Below, one piece after another: positions 51,910 to 64,000 of a DNA stretch of 64,000 nt. The first letter of the stretch is position 1; each line of letters begins with the position of its first letter. The notes beneath the pieces were generated by a model. It saw nothing but the letters and a program-made list of their open reading frames with translations. It did no database searches and had not been told where the DNA came from. Where the stretch lies: NCBI RefSeq assembly GCF_964213995.1, contig NC_135829.1:17608001-17672000 (forward strand), in the 5' to 3' direction. This stretch comes from Mustelus asterias. Lineage: Eukaryota. Both the position numbers and the translations under genes were made by a program.

Positions 51910-52197
51910 TCATTTCAAAGCAATCATTTATTGAGTGACTTCCCATCGCATGAGTTGCATGTTGTGTATAATAAGCAGCAGAGCATTGTTCTGTCCATGG
52001 CGAGGGTTGGGTGGGGTGGGAAATTGATCTTTGAAACTTCAGGACAATCTGTGAAAGCTGAGCAGTGGCTTATCGCAGGATGGGTGAGAAGATTTCTCTG
52101 CTCTTCAAGCAACTTCCACATCACAAGCTGTGAAAACACATCTGACATTGAGGAGCTCGGTCACATTGCCCATGTTCACGGTCCCTCTGCCCTCTCT
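51910..52197 (-). other. Ig receptor copy 2, terminal exon (3' UTR, or alternative tail ERGQRDREHGQCDRAPQCQMCFHSL* ending 52121)
   Basis: Acceptor cttctcttatccag|; minus-strand AATAAA at 51932-51927; 3' end approximate. Confidence 0.65.
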
Positions 52198-52347
52198 CTG
52201 GATAAGAGAAGAGATCACATTGAATGGGTTCCAGTTCAGGCCGGGGACAAATCATGAAATGGCACTGTGATGTCACATGGGATAACGGAGCCTTAGATAC
52301 AGCGCCGACTGGGAGGATTATACTCAAACAGTGAAACTACTTACATT

Positions 52348-52379
52348 TTAATTCTTGAACTTCACATTTGCCTCTGTCA
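52348..52379 (-). CDS. Ig receptor copy 2, cytoplasmic micro-exon VTEANVKFKN* (exon 52345-52379)
   Basis: Identical to the copy 1 exon and splice sites. Confidence 0.75.
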
Positions 52380-53978
52380 CTAAGAATACAGAAAACAAAA
52401 CAGGTGAAATATTTAATAACATATACTTCAAACAATGTCAAACATCTGGAAGTGGGATTTGGCATTTTTAAGTCAAGATCTCCCAAAACTCGATTGATTC
52501 AGGAATTATCCCTCTGGATTGGAATGCTGCCATTGTTATTCCATAATTTCAGATGGGTAGGATAGAGAAAGCAGAAAATAATAGAGCTGTTAGTCTGATG
52601 TCTGTTGTGGGGAAGTTACTAGGATCTGCTACTGGAACTCAAGATCAAAAGATTTAGGAGCAAGAGTGTAGGCCATTCAGGCCCTTAAGCCTGCTCAGCC
52701 ATTGGCTGATCTAATTGTGGTCTCATCTCTACGATCCTCTCTGCTTCATACAACCTCGTCCACCAGGAATCCTCGAACTCAATGCAAACATGTAAGTTCC
52801 TTCTAACAAACCTAGTTTAATCTAATAAGTGGTTCCCTAATTTGGTTGATAAGGGAGTGCATTTGGATGTGACCCATGTAGATTTCTAGACAGAACTCAA
52901 TAAAGTTCCACACAAGAGGCTGTCATCAAAAATAAAGTGTATGGAATTGGAGGCAATGACGTGAATATGAAATTGGTTAGGAAGTATAGAAGGCAGACAA
53001 TAGGGACAATAGGTATATAGTCACATTGGCAGGATGTAAATATCAGTATCTCCCCGAACCCCAGCATTTCACTATATTTATAAATGACTTAGATAAAGCA
53101 ATAGCGACCTGGATATCTAAGCTTGCTGATGACACCAAGGCACATTAAGTAGTGTAGACTGCAGTCACAAGGGGACATTGATGGATTAAGTGTGTTAGCA
53201 AATTGGCAGCGACAGAGTTCAAAGTGGGGAAGTGTAAAGACATCATCCACATCGCACCCAAGACTGCTCAGAGTATTTCGAAATGGTGAGAAGCTTAGAA
53301 CTCTGGAGGAGCAGAGAGGGAATTAGGGTTCATTCATGTAAATCACTAAAGGTTCATTGACAGGTACATAGAATGATGAAAAAGGCTGATGGGATGTTCA
53401 CCCATCTCACAGAGGCTGGAGTACAAAGGGGTAGAAGTTATGCTCCAGTTCTGGGCACTGCACTTCAGGAAAGTTAATTTGATGAACAGAGATTCATCAG
53501 GATGCTAAAAGGAATAAATTATGGGGTTGGGTTTACATCAGGATTACATCAGGAAGGTCGATAGAAACTGCTACCTCTGCTGTGAGAGTCTAAAATCAGG
53601 AGAGCCATCCGTGAGGTTAGTGCAGGGCTGTACAGAAAGCACATCAAAGGGTAATGAAAATCTGGAACTCTCTCCCCAAAGGGTGTTAGTTTGGGGATCA
53701 ATTGAAAATGTCCTCGGTGAGACTGATAGGTTTTCTATGAGGTATATGAAGGGATGTGGAACCAAGGTGAGCGAATGGAGTAAAGATAGAGATAAAATTA
53801 AAATTAAATTTTAATTAAATGGCAGAACAAGCTCGATGGGCTGAAAGGTCTCCTCCTGTTCCCATGATCAAGACAAATGAGATGTGTTAGAATCATGACT
53901 TTAAAAATCATCATAATTAGTTGGTATTAAAATACAATTTTCCAGTTTGCAGAAACAGATTTTAAAACTCTTGCTTAC

Positions 53979-54095
53979 CTCTGGCAGATTGTTGTCCTCT
54001 TCTGATTATGCAGATTACTCCATTAGAGCAAATTAATGCAGCCACATACAAAACCAGGATACCTACACGCATGGAACTGCAACTGGTGTCAGGAC
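53979..54095 (-). CDS. Ig receptor copy 2, transmembrane exon
   Basis: Identical to 31291-31407. Confidence 0.85.
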
Positions 54096-54325
54096 CTACC
54101 GAGGAGAAGCAACATTAAATTCAGGCTGTGCAATCCAGTGTTCTACATACGGCTCATTGCACTGGCTACCAAACCTTCCCCTCAGAATCTAGAATAGTCA
54201 ATGGCGAAGGAAGGAAATTGAACCAATTTACAACGGGTACAAACTGTACAAACAGACCCAGAATCTCTCAGCTGGAGCTCCTGACATTGAATGATTCATG
54301 TTGCCGATTGTCTTACTTTTTAGAG

Positions 54326-55859
54326 TATCAAGAAGCAGAGGTAATTTTAAGTGTTTGTACCGTTGGATATTAGAAATGAGTTATAGATTTACATGAGTTT
54401 AGTGTTCCTGTATAAGGAAAGGTAAACCTCCAGTTAGATTCATATTAAACAATGTTTGCTTGTATGGGGGGATTTTTTAGAATCATAGAATCCTACAGTG
54501 CAGAAGGAGGCCATTCGGCCCAGTGAGTCTGCACCAAACACAATCCCACTTTATTCCCATAACCCCACATATTTACCCTGCTAATCCCCCTGACACGAGA
54601 GTCTATTTATCATGGCCAATCAACCGAACCCGCAAATCTTTGGATTGTGGGAGAAAACCGAAGCACTCGGAGGAAACCCACCCAGACACTGGGAGAATGT
54701 GCAAACCCCACACAGACAGGAATTGAACACAGGTCCTTAGTGCTGTGAGGCAGCAGTGCTAACCACTGTGATACCATTTCAGTTCAAACTGTGGTAGCAT
54801 TATGCTAAGAGTGTTTACAGCGTGTAAAATAGATAAGAGCTTAGAGAAAGAATTAGATGTTGTTTAGCAACCAAGGTTCACTTATAGGGGAAGAGACCTC
54901 ACTGTGTTCTTAGTTTAACTGAGCCAGAGTAGAAGGAGCTTCACAGTGAGAGAGGGAACATCTCTCACTGCTTTGCCAGAAAAAAAGCCATATAAAAATA
55001 GAGTAACGGGCAAACAAGCAAGTGTCAGAAATCTAAAAACAGCCAGTTAAGGAGGATGAAGAGAAGTCTCCAGGAAGTCTGAAGTTAAAGGAACAGAGGA
55101 AACTGGAACGAGGTTACAGACAGAGTTGAGAAGCTGAAGAGTTTGCTAGTGAAAAACAGAGATATCTGAAATTATTTCAAGATATGTGAGATTTGCTACA
55201 GCCTGTGAAGTGATAGTTGAAGCAATTGTGAAGTAATTAGTGACTGGATCTTTTAGTGTTTGTGTGAAAGCTTGAAAGCATTCAAGACAAAGGAACATTG
55301 AACCGAGAGCTATAAAACTTCGAAGTGGATCCTTGTTGGGAAAGGGTGATTGAAATAATTGTTTGAAAGAAGATTCTAAAGTGTGTCTTTTTGAGAGTGG
55401 GGTTTGGAATCACTCATGTGGAAGTCAGAGTCCAGTAAGATCAGTTGGCTCATGGTGTGAGAATCATCTGGGGGGATTTGAGAAGAAGTCCACAGAAGTT
55501 CACTTGGGTGGCATCTGCCACTTGGTTTCAGAATGGAGTGTGTTTGACCACAGTTAGCCTGTGGTTTAAAGGGATTGTGTGTTTCGTGAGACCATTATAG
55601 CATAAGATATATCTTGTAACCTCTGTCATCCTTAAAATCCATGTATATTTGTGAAGATAAATGGGAGTGAAAGAGTATTGTATTATAGTCAAACTTTTCA
55701 TGTTCAATTAATGTTTTCTGTTGTTAAAAGCTAATTGTTAGTCCTGTGACTCTCTTCATTCCCATTTTCTAAAAGATATGTAAAAGTTACGGTCTTTTGA
55801 GCCAAGGTTCCATTTGGGATCTTCCGGTCCAAGTAGTAACATACACAGGGGCTGTAACA
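54326..55859 (+). mobile_element. Solo LTR-like element with 4-bp TSD (V-SINE inside, ~54478-54776)
   Basis: TSD agag at 54322-54325 and 55860-55863; ends ggggctgtaaca; starts tatcaag (possibly a decayed TG). Confidence 0.72.
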
Positions 55860-55869
55860 AGAGATACAC

Positions 55870-55953
55870 TGTTAGTCACTGGAGATATTCCAGATGTTGA
55901 GGTGAGGGTGTCTGGGGATTCACTACTTGAGACTGGACTCCTTGTTACCTGGT
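55870..55953 (-). CDS. Ig receptor copy 2, second stalk exon (donor weak; may be skipped or read through)
   Basis: Acceptor ttatgttcctcag|; DQVTRSPVSSSESPDTLTSTSGISPVTN; the in-phase donor position reads GTGTAT. Confidence 0.5.
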
Positions 55954-56099
55954 CTGAGGAACATAACTTCCCAGTTAGAATCTGGAATGATAAATGACGA
56001 ACGATGGAAATTGAACCAGTTTACAACAGGTACAAAATCCCTCAGCTGGAATTATTGATATTAAATGATTTAAATCATATCGTGCATTGTCTGACTTAC

Positions 56100-56579
56100 C
56101 TTCATTATTTGTAGGAGTTCCACTGCTGGTCACTGGAGATATTCCAGATGTTGAGGTGTGAGTGTCTGGAGAGTCTGCACTTTTTGTCACACTGAGGGAG
56201 ATGTTTGCTGTAATCTTCCAGACAGGTTTCCCTGAAGCCTGACCGTGTACAACACAGAGATAGCTCCCAGTGTCCAACTCCTTCACTGAGTGAATAGTGA
56301 GGTTGTGAGTCTGGATTTTATTTGTTGGATTGTCTGAGCTTTGGATAGAGATTCTTTGTGATGACTCTTTATCCACACAGCAGCGTGTGTTAGAATGTAA
56401 GCTATAATCCTCAATATGAACAGAGTGCAGACACTTGTTAACATTTCCAGATATGATCCAAAACAGAGTGAAGGGCAGAGATTTTCTATTCTCAAACTGG
56501 CAGGGTAAAGTCACATTCTCTCCCTCTGCTACAGTCAGTGACGAGAAAGTTTCAACTGTAGAAAATACTTCATCCGAAT
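56100..56579 (-). CDS. Ig receptor copy 2, IgV domain (D2) plus stalk exon
   Basis: 480 nt, canonical |gtaagt donor; 10 aa differences from copy 1. Confidence 0.92.
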
Positions 56580-57999
56580 CTAGAAACAATATTGAAAAGA
56601 ATAATTTTGTTCAAATAATCTCCAATGCGGTACTTTGTCAAAGGATTTCCAAAAGTCCATGTTAACTACATTCACTGCATTTCTCCATCTACTTTGTCTG
56701 TTACCTCCTCAACAGTTTATCAAGCACATCGGGCAGAATTTTTCGTTCTTTTGTGGCCCGCCAGCTCCACTGCCGGCTTTTCCCACCATAATTTTTGATA
56801 CTTGTTCAAAATAAATTCAGGAGGTGGGTCCCAAATGTCACGCTGGCGGGGCAGCCACTGATTGAACCTGCCCCTCCTGCAACCACAAACTTCAAGAGAC
56901 CCGGCATCTTTCAAACCAAACCAATAAAAATAAGAGGGGATACCACCGCGCCCCCCGCCCCCCCCCCCCTCCACGGACATGGGGAGTCCTCCCCCCACCC
57001 CACCGCCCACCACCTCCACACAGACTCCCCTTCCCAGCAATGCCCCCAACACCAGGGAATACCATCTCCCACAGACCTCCACATTGGAAGCCCACTCTCT
57101 CTGGCAATTCCCTCTGGCACTACAGTGCCAAGGGGCAGTGTCAGGAGACGCTGCCAGGACAGTTTCCAGGCATGACCCTCTACCCCCTTGGGGCTGTACT
57201 TCCTGTGCACCCAAGGTGGGTTCTCTTCGCCAGGTCCCTGTTTGCGCCACGGTGACACAGCAGTTAGAACTGCTGCCTCACAGCGCCAGGGACCCGGGTT
57301 CGATTCCCGGCTTGGGTCACTGTCTGTGCAGAGTCTGCACGTTCTCCCCGTGTCTTCGTGGGTTTCCTCTGGGTGCTCTCGTTTCCTCTCACAGTCTGAA
57401 AGATGTGCTGTTTAGGTGCATTGGCCATGCTAAATTCTCCCTCAGTGTAACCCAAACAGGCGCCACACGGATTTTCGCAGGGGATTTTCACAGTAACTTC
57501 ATTGCAGTATTAATGTCAGCCTACCTGTGACTGTAATAAATAAACTTTAAAACTTTAAACTGTTTGTCAAAAGCTGTTATAAACCCCACTGAAGCGAGGG
57601 GGGAAATTGAAGGGTAAGGGGATAATAGAGCGGGAAGCCCGTTAATGAGATTAAAATGTGTGGCAATGGGATTCCCGACCTTTCATGGCAGGAACTAACA
57701 TCACAGACGGGAAATCCCGACTGCGTAAAAGCCATTTGGGGACTCCCGTTGATTCTCCGGCCCTGCCGCCATTCCCACTGACCAAAAACGGGGGAAAATC
57801 CTGGCCATCATCTTTGGAATCTGTCGGTTGCGTCTCAATTTTTACTCTTTCTTTACATGCTTGATAATTTCATCTCCATAAAGAATCTATAATTGTCTCG
57901 AATGGCAGCTATCTGTCCTAATACCTCCCCTAATATCTCAGCTTAAATCGTCCCAACGTCCCGCTGTGATAATTCCCCCGATATCTCCAGTTCACTCAC

Positions 58000-58398
58000 C
58001 GTCCGGGTTTATCACAAAGAACAAGTTGTGGTTTTCACATCCCTCCCCTGTCAGGGTTTCCCAGTTTGGACATTTTGATGATTCTGTGGAATCCTGAACC
58101 GTGCAGGTAAATATCATTGAATCATCACATAGCATCACAGCGAATGTCAGTGAATTCATTTCACCTCCATTTCTTTTGCATTTTCGACACTGCAGCTTCT
58201 CTTTCTGTTTCTCATGATCGATATTTTCACAATCCTGCATTTTCTTCGCTCCTGTCTCACATTGTATTTTCTCAATTTCTGCTCCAGCACTGAAATCCCG
58301 AATGCTGCACAAGGTTCCGACATTCCCAGCACCAGTGGGTGTGTTGCATTGCAGAGTGGTGACATCTCCTGATCCTCGAAAATGGACATAGGTGGATC
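58000..58398 (-). CDS. Ig receptor copy 2, Cys-rich D1 exon
   Basis: 399 nt, open frame, same splice sites; all 10 Cys kept; 3 aa differences from copy 1. Confidence 0.85.
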
Positions 58399-61300
58399 CT
58401 GCAGGGATAAGGACAGAATTGGATGGAGATAAATAACATTCCGTACAGGAAAGATAATTAAACCTTAACGTCCATCAAAGCCTCGCACAGTAAGTGAGTC
58501 TGATTAGAGATTCCCCCATCACACAGTCTGGATAGAGACACCCCTTCCCCCTCCCCACAGTATTACACTGAGTCTAAAAACTCTCACACATGGGCGAAAG
58601 GAGGATGGTTGAAGTTGTTGACAGAAGGCCAATCTTCAATTGCTACATCAATCCTCTTCCCCCCATCATAAGTTCCATGTGGGACTGTGACTGATGATTA
58701 CACAATGTTCATTCTCCAATCACTATTGAGTATTTGAGTATAGGAGTAAGGATGTCTTGCTGCAGTTGCACAGGGTCTTGATGAGGCCACACCGTGAGTA
58801 TTGTGTGCAGTTTTGGTCTCCCAGTCTGAGGAGGACATTCTTGCTATTGAGGAAGTCCAGCGAAGGTTCACCAGACGGATTCCCAGAATGGCAGGGCTGA
58901 CATATGAAGAGAGAATGGATCGGCTGGGCTTGTACTCACTGGAATCTAGAAGAATCAGAGCGGATCTCATAGAAACATATAAAATCCTGATGGGACTGGA
59001 CAGGCTGGATTCAGGAAGAAGGTTCCCGATGTTGGGGAAGTTCAGAACTAGGGTCACAGTTTAAGAATAAGGGGTAAGCCATTCAGGACCCAGATGAGGA
59101 AGAACTTCATTCAGAGAGTTGTGAACCTCTGGAGGGGCCAGTTCGTTAGACATGTTCAAGAGGGAGTGGATGTGGCGCTGGTAGTTAAAGGGTATGGAGA
59201 GAAAGCGGGAGTGAGATACTGAAAGTGCATGATCTACCAGGATCATATTGAATGGTGGTGCAGGCTGAGGGGCCGAATGGCTTTCTCCTGTACCTATTTT
59301 CTCTGCTTCTATTCCTCAGATACTGAAGCAGTCCTTTCCCACATGAAGTAAGACCGACAGAACGTTCAGGCTTGGGCTGATAAGTGACACGTGACCTTCA
59401 CATCACACAAGTGTCTGGAAATGACTAACTCCAAAAAAAAGAGAGAATTCTTTCCTTCCAAAAGGTGTTTGATACAGAGCCACAAAACTGCTTTGTGAGC
59501 AGCTCCAGGAATAAGAGGGACTTCAGCAACATGGAGATGGAATTGGCTGAGCGACAGAGAACAGCGAGCAGTGATTAATGGATGTTTTTTTTGCTGGAGG
59601 GAGGTTTGTGGTGGAGTTGTCCAGGGGTCAGTGTTGGAACCCTTGCTTTTCCCGATATCTATTGCTGACCTATAACAGGGTGTACAGGGCACTATTACAA
59701 AGTTTGCAGATGATCCAAAATCTGGAAGCTTTGTGAACTGTGAGGAGGAGAGTATCAAACTTCAAAAACACGAAGACAAGTTGGTGCCATGGGCAGACGG
59801 GTGGATGTTGCAGTTCAATGTGGAGAAGTGTGAGGTGATTCAATTTGGTAGCAAGAACATGGAGAGACAATGTAAAATAAAGGTTACAACAGTAAAATGG
59901 ATGCAGGAGCAGAGGGAGCTGGGTGTATATGTACATATATTATTGAAGGTGGCAAGGCAGTTGGAGAGCAGTTAATAAAGTATACAGCAACCTGGGCTTT
60001 ATTAATAATGGCATAGAGTCCAAGAGCAAGGAGGTGATGTGGAATTTCTATAAGACGCTAGTTTGGCCTCAGTTGGAGTATTGCTTCCAGTTCTGGGTGC
60101 TGCACTTTCATAGAATCATAGAAACCCTACAGTGCAGAAAGAGGCCATTCGGCCCATCGAGTCTGCACCGACCACAATCCCACCCAGGCCCTCTCCCCAG
60201 ATATTTACCCACTAATCCCTCTAACCTACACATCCCGGGACACTAAGGGGCAATTTAGCATGGCCAACTAACCTAACCCGCACATCTTTGGACTGTGGGA
60301 GGAAACCGGAGCATCCGGAGGAAACCCACGTAGACATGAGGAGAATGTGCAAACTCCACACAGACAATGACCCAAGCCGGGAATCAAACCCAGCTCCCTG
60401 GAGCTGTGAAGCAGCAGTGCTAACCACTGTGCTACCATGCCGCCACTTTAGGAAGGATGCGATGGCATTGGAGAGAATGCAGAATATTCACAAGAATGAT
60501 TCCAGGGATGATGATGATAGATTGAAGAAGTTGGGATTGTTTTCCTTGGAGAAGAGAAGGCTGAGAGGAGATTTGATCGAGATGTTCAAAATCATGAGAG
60601 GTTTGCACAGTGTAGATAGGGAGAAACTGTTCCCACTCATGGAAAGATCGAGAATGAGGGTATAAGTTTAGAGTAATTAGTGAAAGAAGCAAACTGATAC
60701 GACGAGAAGATTTTCATGCAGTGAGTAGTTAAGGTCTGGAATGCGCTGCCTGAGAGTGTGGAGGGGGCAGGTTTATTGAAGCATTTGAAAAGGAATTAGA
60801 CTGTTAACTGTAAAGGAAGATAATGCAGGGTTACGGGGAGAAGGCAGAGGAATGGTATTAGGTGAGATGCTCATTCAGAGAACCGGTGTGGACAGAATGG
60901 GCCGAATGGCCTCCTGCACCATTACAATTCTGTGAGCTCCCCTTGATATTCAATAGCAGCAACATTGTCAAATCATCGCCAACATTCTCGAGGTTACCAT
61001 TGACCATCCCCATGACACTGTGGCTACAAGAGCAGGTCACAGGCTGGGAATTCTGTGATGTATCGTTCACTTCCTGAATTCCCAAAATCTTTTCAACTTC
61101 TACAAGACACAGGTCAGGAGTTGTATTTTAACACAGAGACAAGAATATTGCCGTAGAGTCGGAGTGAAGGAGATGTACCAAGCATAATGGAGAGTGATGA
61201 AAATCTGGATTCAAAGGGATTTGATCTGCCTGTAACACTGAACAACCCACTCCGAAATGTAATGTATTTTAATTGTGGTTCTCTGCCAGAACTAACTGAG

Positions 61301-61631
61301 CAACTCGCTCTCCTGTATCTTTCACAACCTCAAACTCTTATCCAATTCTCAGTTGAAATACAGAATGATCTCTGTCTCAAGCACTGCCTGTCAAAGTATT
61401 CCATTGCCCCAACAACTCTCTGTGTAAAGAATTGCTCCGAATCTCTCCCCACTCTCTGAATGACAATATCAAACTGATGCTCCATGGTTACACCATATTA
61501 AACAGACACAGCAAAGACTGTGAGCCGACTATGTTAAACATCTACACGAGAACAGCAATGCTTCGAATCTCTCTGTTTTTCTTTCCAGGTGAGGAACATT
61601 TGGAAGATTAATGGAAAGTATTCTTCCTTAC

Positions 61632-61686
61632 CTGCAACATGTTGGAAGAGAAGAAAAAGACCCACAAACAAAGCACCGAGTGCCAT
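61632..61686 (-). CDS. Ig receptor copy 2, signal-peptide exon (L4)
   Basis: MALGALFVGLFLLFQHVA g|gtaagg. Confidence 0.88.
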
Positions 61687-64000
61687 TTCAGATTCTTAGA
61701 CCGTGCTTGCTGAGTAGTGGTTGTGTTCTTACGACCCTATCTGTGAGAAAGAAAAAAAGCTGAACTTCTTGAGATGGCGTGAGAGATAATAGCTTCCTGT
61801 TTGACCCACTTAGGTGAAATGTGGGCTCTGATGTTGTGTTAATGCAACCAGGGCAGCAGTTAAGATGTTCATTTGACCCTCCAACCAGAGACGTCACAGA
61901 AAGCTCCGAAAAACAAAGGGTGGAATTTAATGAAAAGAATTCAAAGTTCTGAACGAGTGAGAAAACAGGAGAGAAGCGAACGGGATTTGGGACGAGCTGT
62001 GAGTCACAATCTTATTGCTGTTCGTGCAAAATAAGAGCCAGGATGCGATTCTCGCCAATAGTGGGTGGAGCGGAGCCTAATCTCACCGGTGAAGCCGGCT
62101 ACTGAGCTCATGAGGCACCATCCCGCAGGTGCTCCGATCTTCCTATTTACGCTCTCCCCATCAGTTGCTCCCTGTGTTGGTCTCTCCCGTCCCATCACCA
62201 CATATATCAGCACCCCCCCACCCCTCAATCCCCCCACTTTGCTGAGTTTTCTCCAGCCCCCCAATTGCCCATTCTGAAGTGTTTGTCCCCTCCCATTGCC
62301 CCCATTGCAGAGATCCTCCCACTCTCCAATCCCCCCTTTGTGGACATTCCTCCACTAACCCCTTCAATCGTCACGGCTGCAGAGTTGCTCGCTCCCCCCC
62401 ACTGTGGAGCTCCCTCCCATTGCCTCCCCCCTCCCCTTTCCCCACCTCACTCATGCCCAAACCCCCTTAGGACCTGCCCCTTTAGCACTGCCCCTGGCAT
62501 TCCCAGGATGCCTGGTTGGGCACTGCCAGGCTGGCACTGCCCAGGGGGCGTGGCCCGGCCCAGTCCCCGACAACCCGCTGATGGAGACCAGCTGTGATTC
62601 TCGCTGGTGGGGACCCCGACTGGTGAGTAGGTCAGGGCAAGTGAACCTGGACCATAGGGTCCCGGACTCACTCATGACAGTTCAATGATGTCTTTGATAT
62701 TTCTGGGCGCAAAGCTAATGTCGTCGGCAAAACCGTGCCGTTGGATCAGGAGAGGCGAGAAACCAGGCATAAAACCAGTCTGGGGAGCCGGGAAGATTGC
62801 ACCCAAAGTGTACATTCTGCGTGTGCTTCTGTGCATCATGATGAGAGTGCGTAACACCGGAGCAGAGGTATCAACACACCCCGCGCCCAAAGCATGATGG
62901 AGATACTAACCATCTGGAAACACAAGGACCAGGATTTTCCAGTCTTGCCACGCTTGGCGCAGAGCGATCTCCAGGAGCCCCAATGGAATTAAGTTACTAG
63001 CTGGCAGTGGGAACCCTGCTGCTGAGCTCCCGGCTCCAGGGGAGACATTAATTTGCCAGATGTTACCCAGTCGGTTGGCAATTCCGCTCCTGAGAACCAA
63101 TCAGAGGCTGGCAGCTCCCCATTGTTCGCAGCACCACCGGGCGCCGTGTCTGCTGCTGGTAATCCAACCGAGCCTTCACCAGGGAGTCATCGTGGGGGCC
63201 CCTGGAGAAGGACAAGTGCTGGATGGGATGGGGGCTGTGGGAAGTGGTTTGCCAGTAAGGGAGGGGTAATGGGTGAGAGGAAAGAGTGGGGGATGGTGAC
63301 TCTCAGCAGACCCCCTCTCCCATTCCCGATGCCAGATCCCTTGATCTTGTGCTGAGTGACAATAAGCACCTCCCACTCCACACTCGGCCACAAGCAAACC
63401 TGACAGGGATAGTTTGTCAATCTCCCCAGATGGCGAGTCCCCCATCCGCTATGGGTTGAATACCAGTGACAGTCGGATGAAGCCGTGAGTTGCTCAGTTA
63501 AAGGCGTCAATCGGTATCCGGTGGGAAGGCTGCCCAGAGCCTTCCTGTTCCAGATTAAACTGGGTGGAGGCAGGGAAGCAGCAGGGGCCATATCCCACAC
63601 CCTTAGAGCCGAACAATTGCACCCTCCCCTTCCTCTCCCTCTCCCCATCACCATCCACACCCTGAGAACCTGCCTTGGAGGTGAAGCATTCAGTTCTGTC
63701 CCACTACATCTAAACAGTGGAAGTGCAAGATACTCCATCACTGTCTTTAACCACTATCTCAGCAAAGAAACAGGAAACATTGGAACTTCAGCCACTGTGG
63801 GCCATTCAGTGCCTGTATTTAATTTGAGTTCATTGCATTTTTGCCTCAGTTTTCTCCTCTTGAGGCTCTCACCCTTCCTGTGTGAGCGGGGGTTGGAAAT
63901 GTTGTGTGATGTTGGGAACATCACAACCCCACACCCTGATCATGTTCAATGTGCATGAGCAAAGCAGGACCAGTAAGCGCAGGAGGAGGCCATTCAGCCC

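Larger units (their letters stand above)
51126..64000. repeat. Segmental duplication block B (runs off window end)
   Basis: Colinear with 28341-41270. Confidence 0.95.

Overview
Eukaryotic genomic DNA, apparently from a shark or other cartilaginous fish, judged from its dense tRNA-derived V-SINEs, CR1 LINEs, Deu-domain SINE and Penelope-like palindromes. 1-17.7 kb: the last five coding exons of PSMA4 on the + strand. ~18-28 kb: repeat-rich spacer with a strong CTCF-like motif. ~28-64 kb: a tandem array on the - strand of an Ig-superfamily membrane receptor gene that I cannot assign to a named family. I reconstructed it by hand from splice sites: leader, a 10-Cys atypical Ig domain, an IgV domain with Ser/Thr/Pro stalk, a second stalk exon, a TM exon with an N-terminal Arg, and a short tail (about 388 aa). 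Two full copies lie about 22.7 kb apart. Between them are two ~5-kb units that lost the gene body but keep the promoter region and an intact leader exon. A solo LTR inserted into the second stalk exon; one paralog has an alternative in-phase GTGAGT donor and the other does not. IgV differences between paralogs are mostly amino-acid changing. Almost all other ORFs in the track are repeat-derived noise. Repeat boundaries are approximate; exon boundaries were read directly from the sequence.
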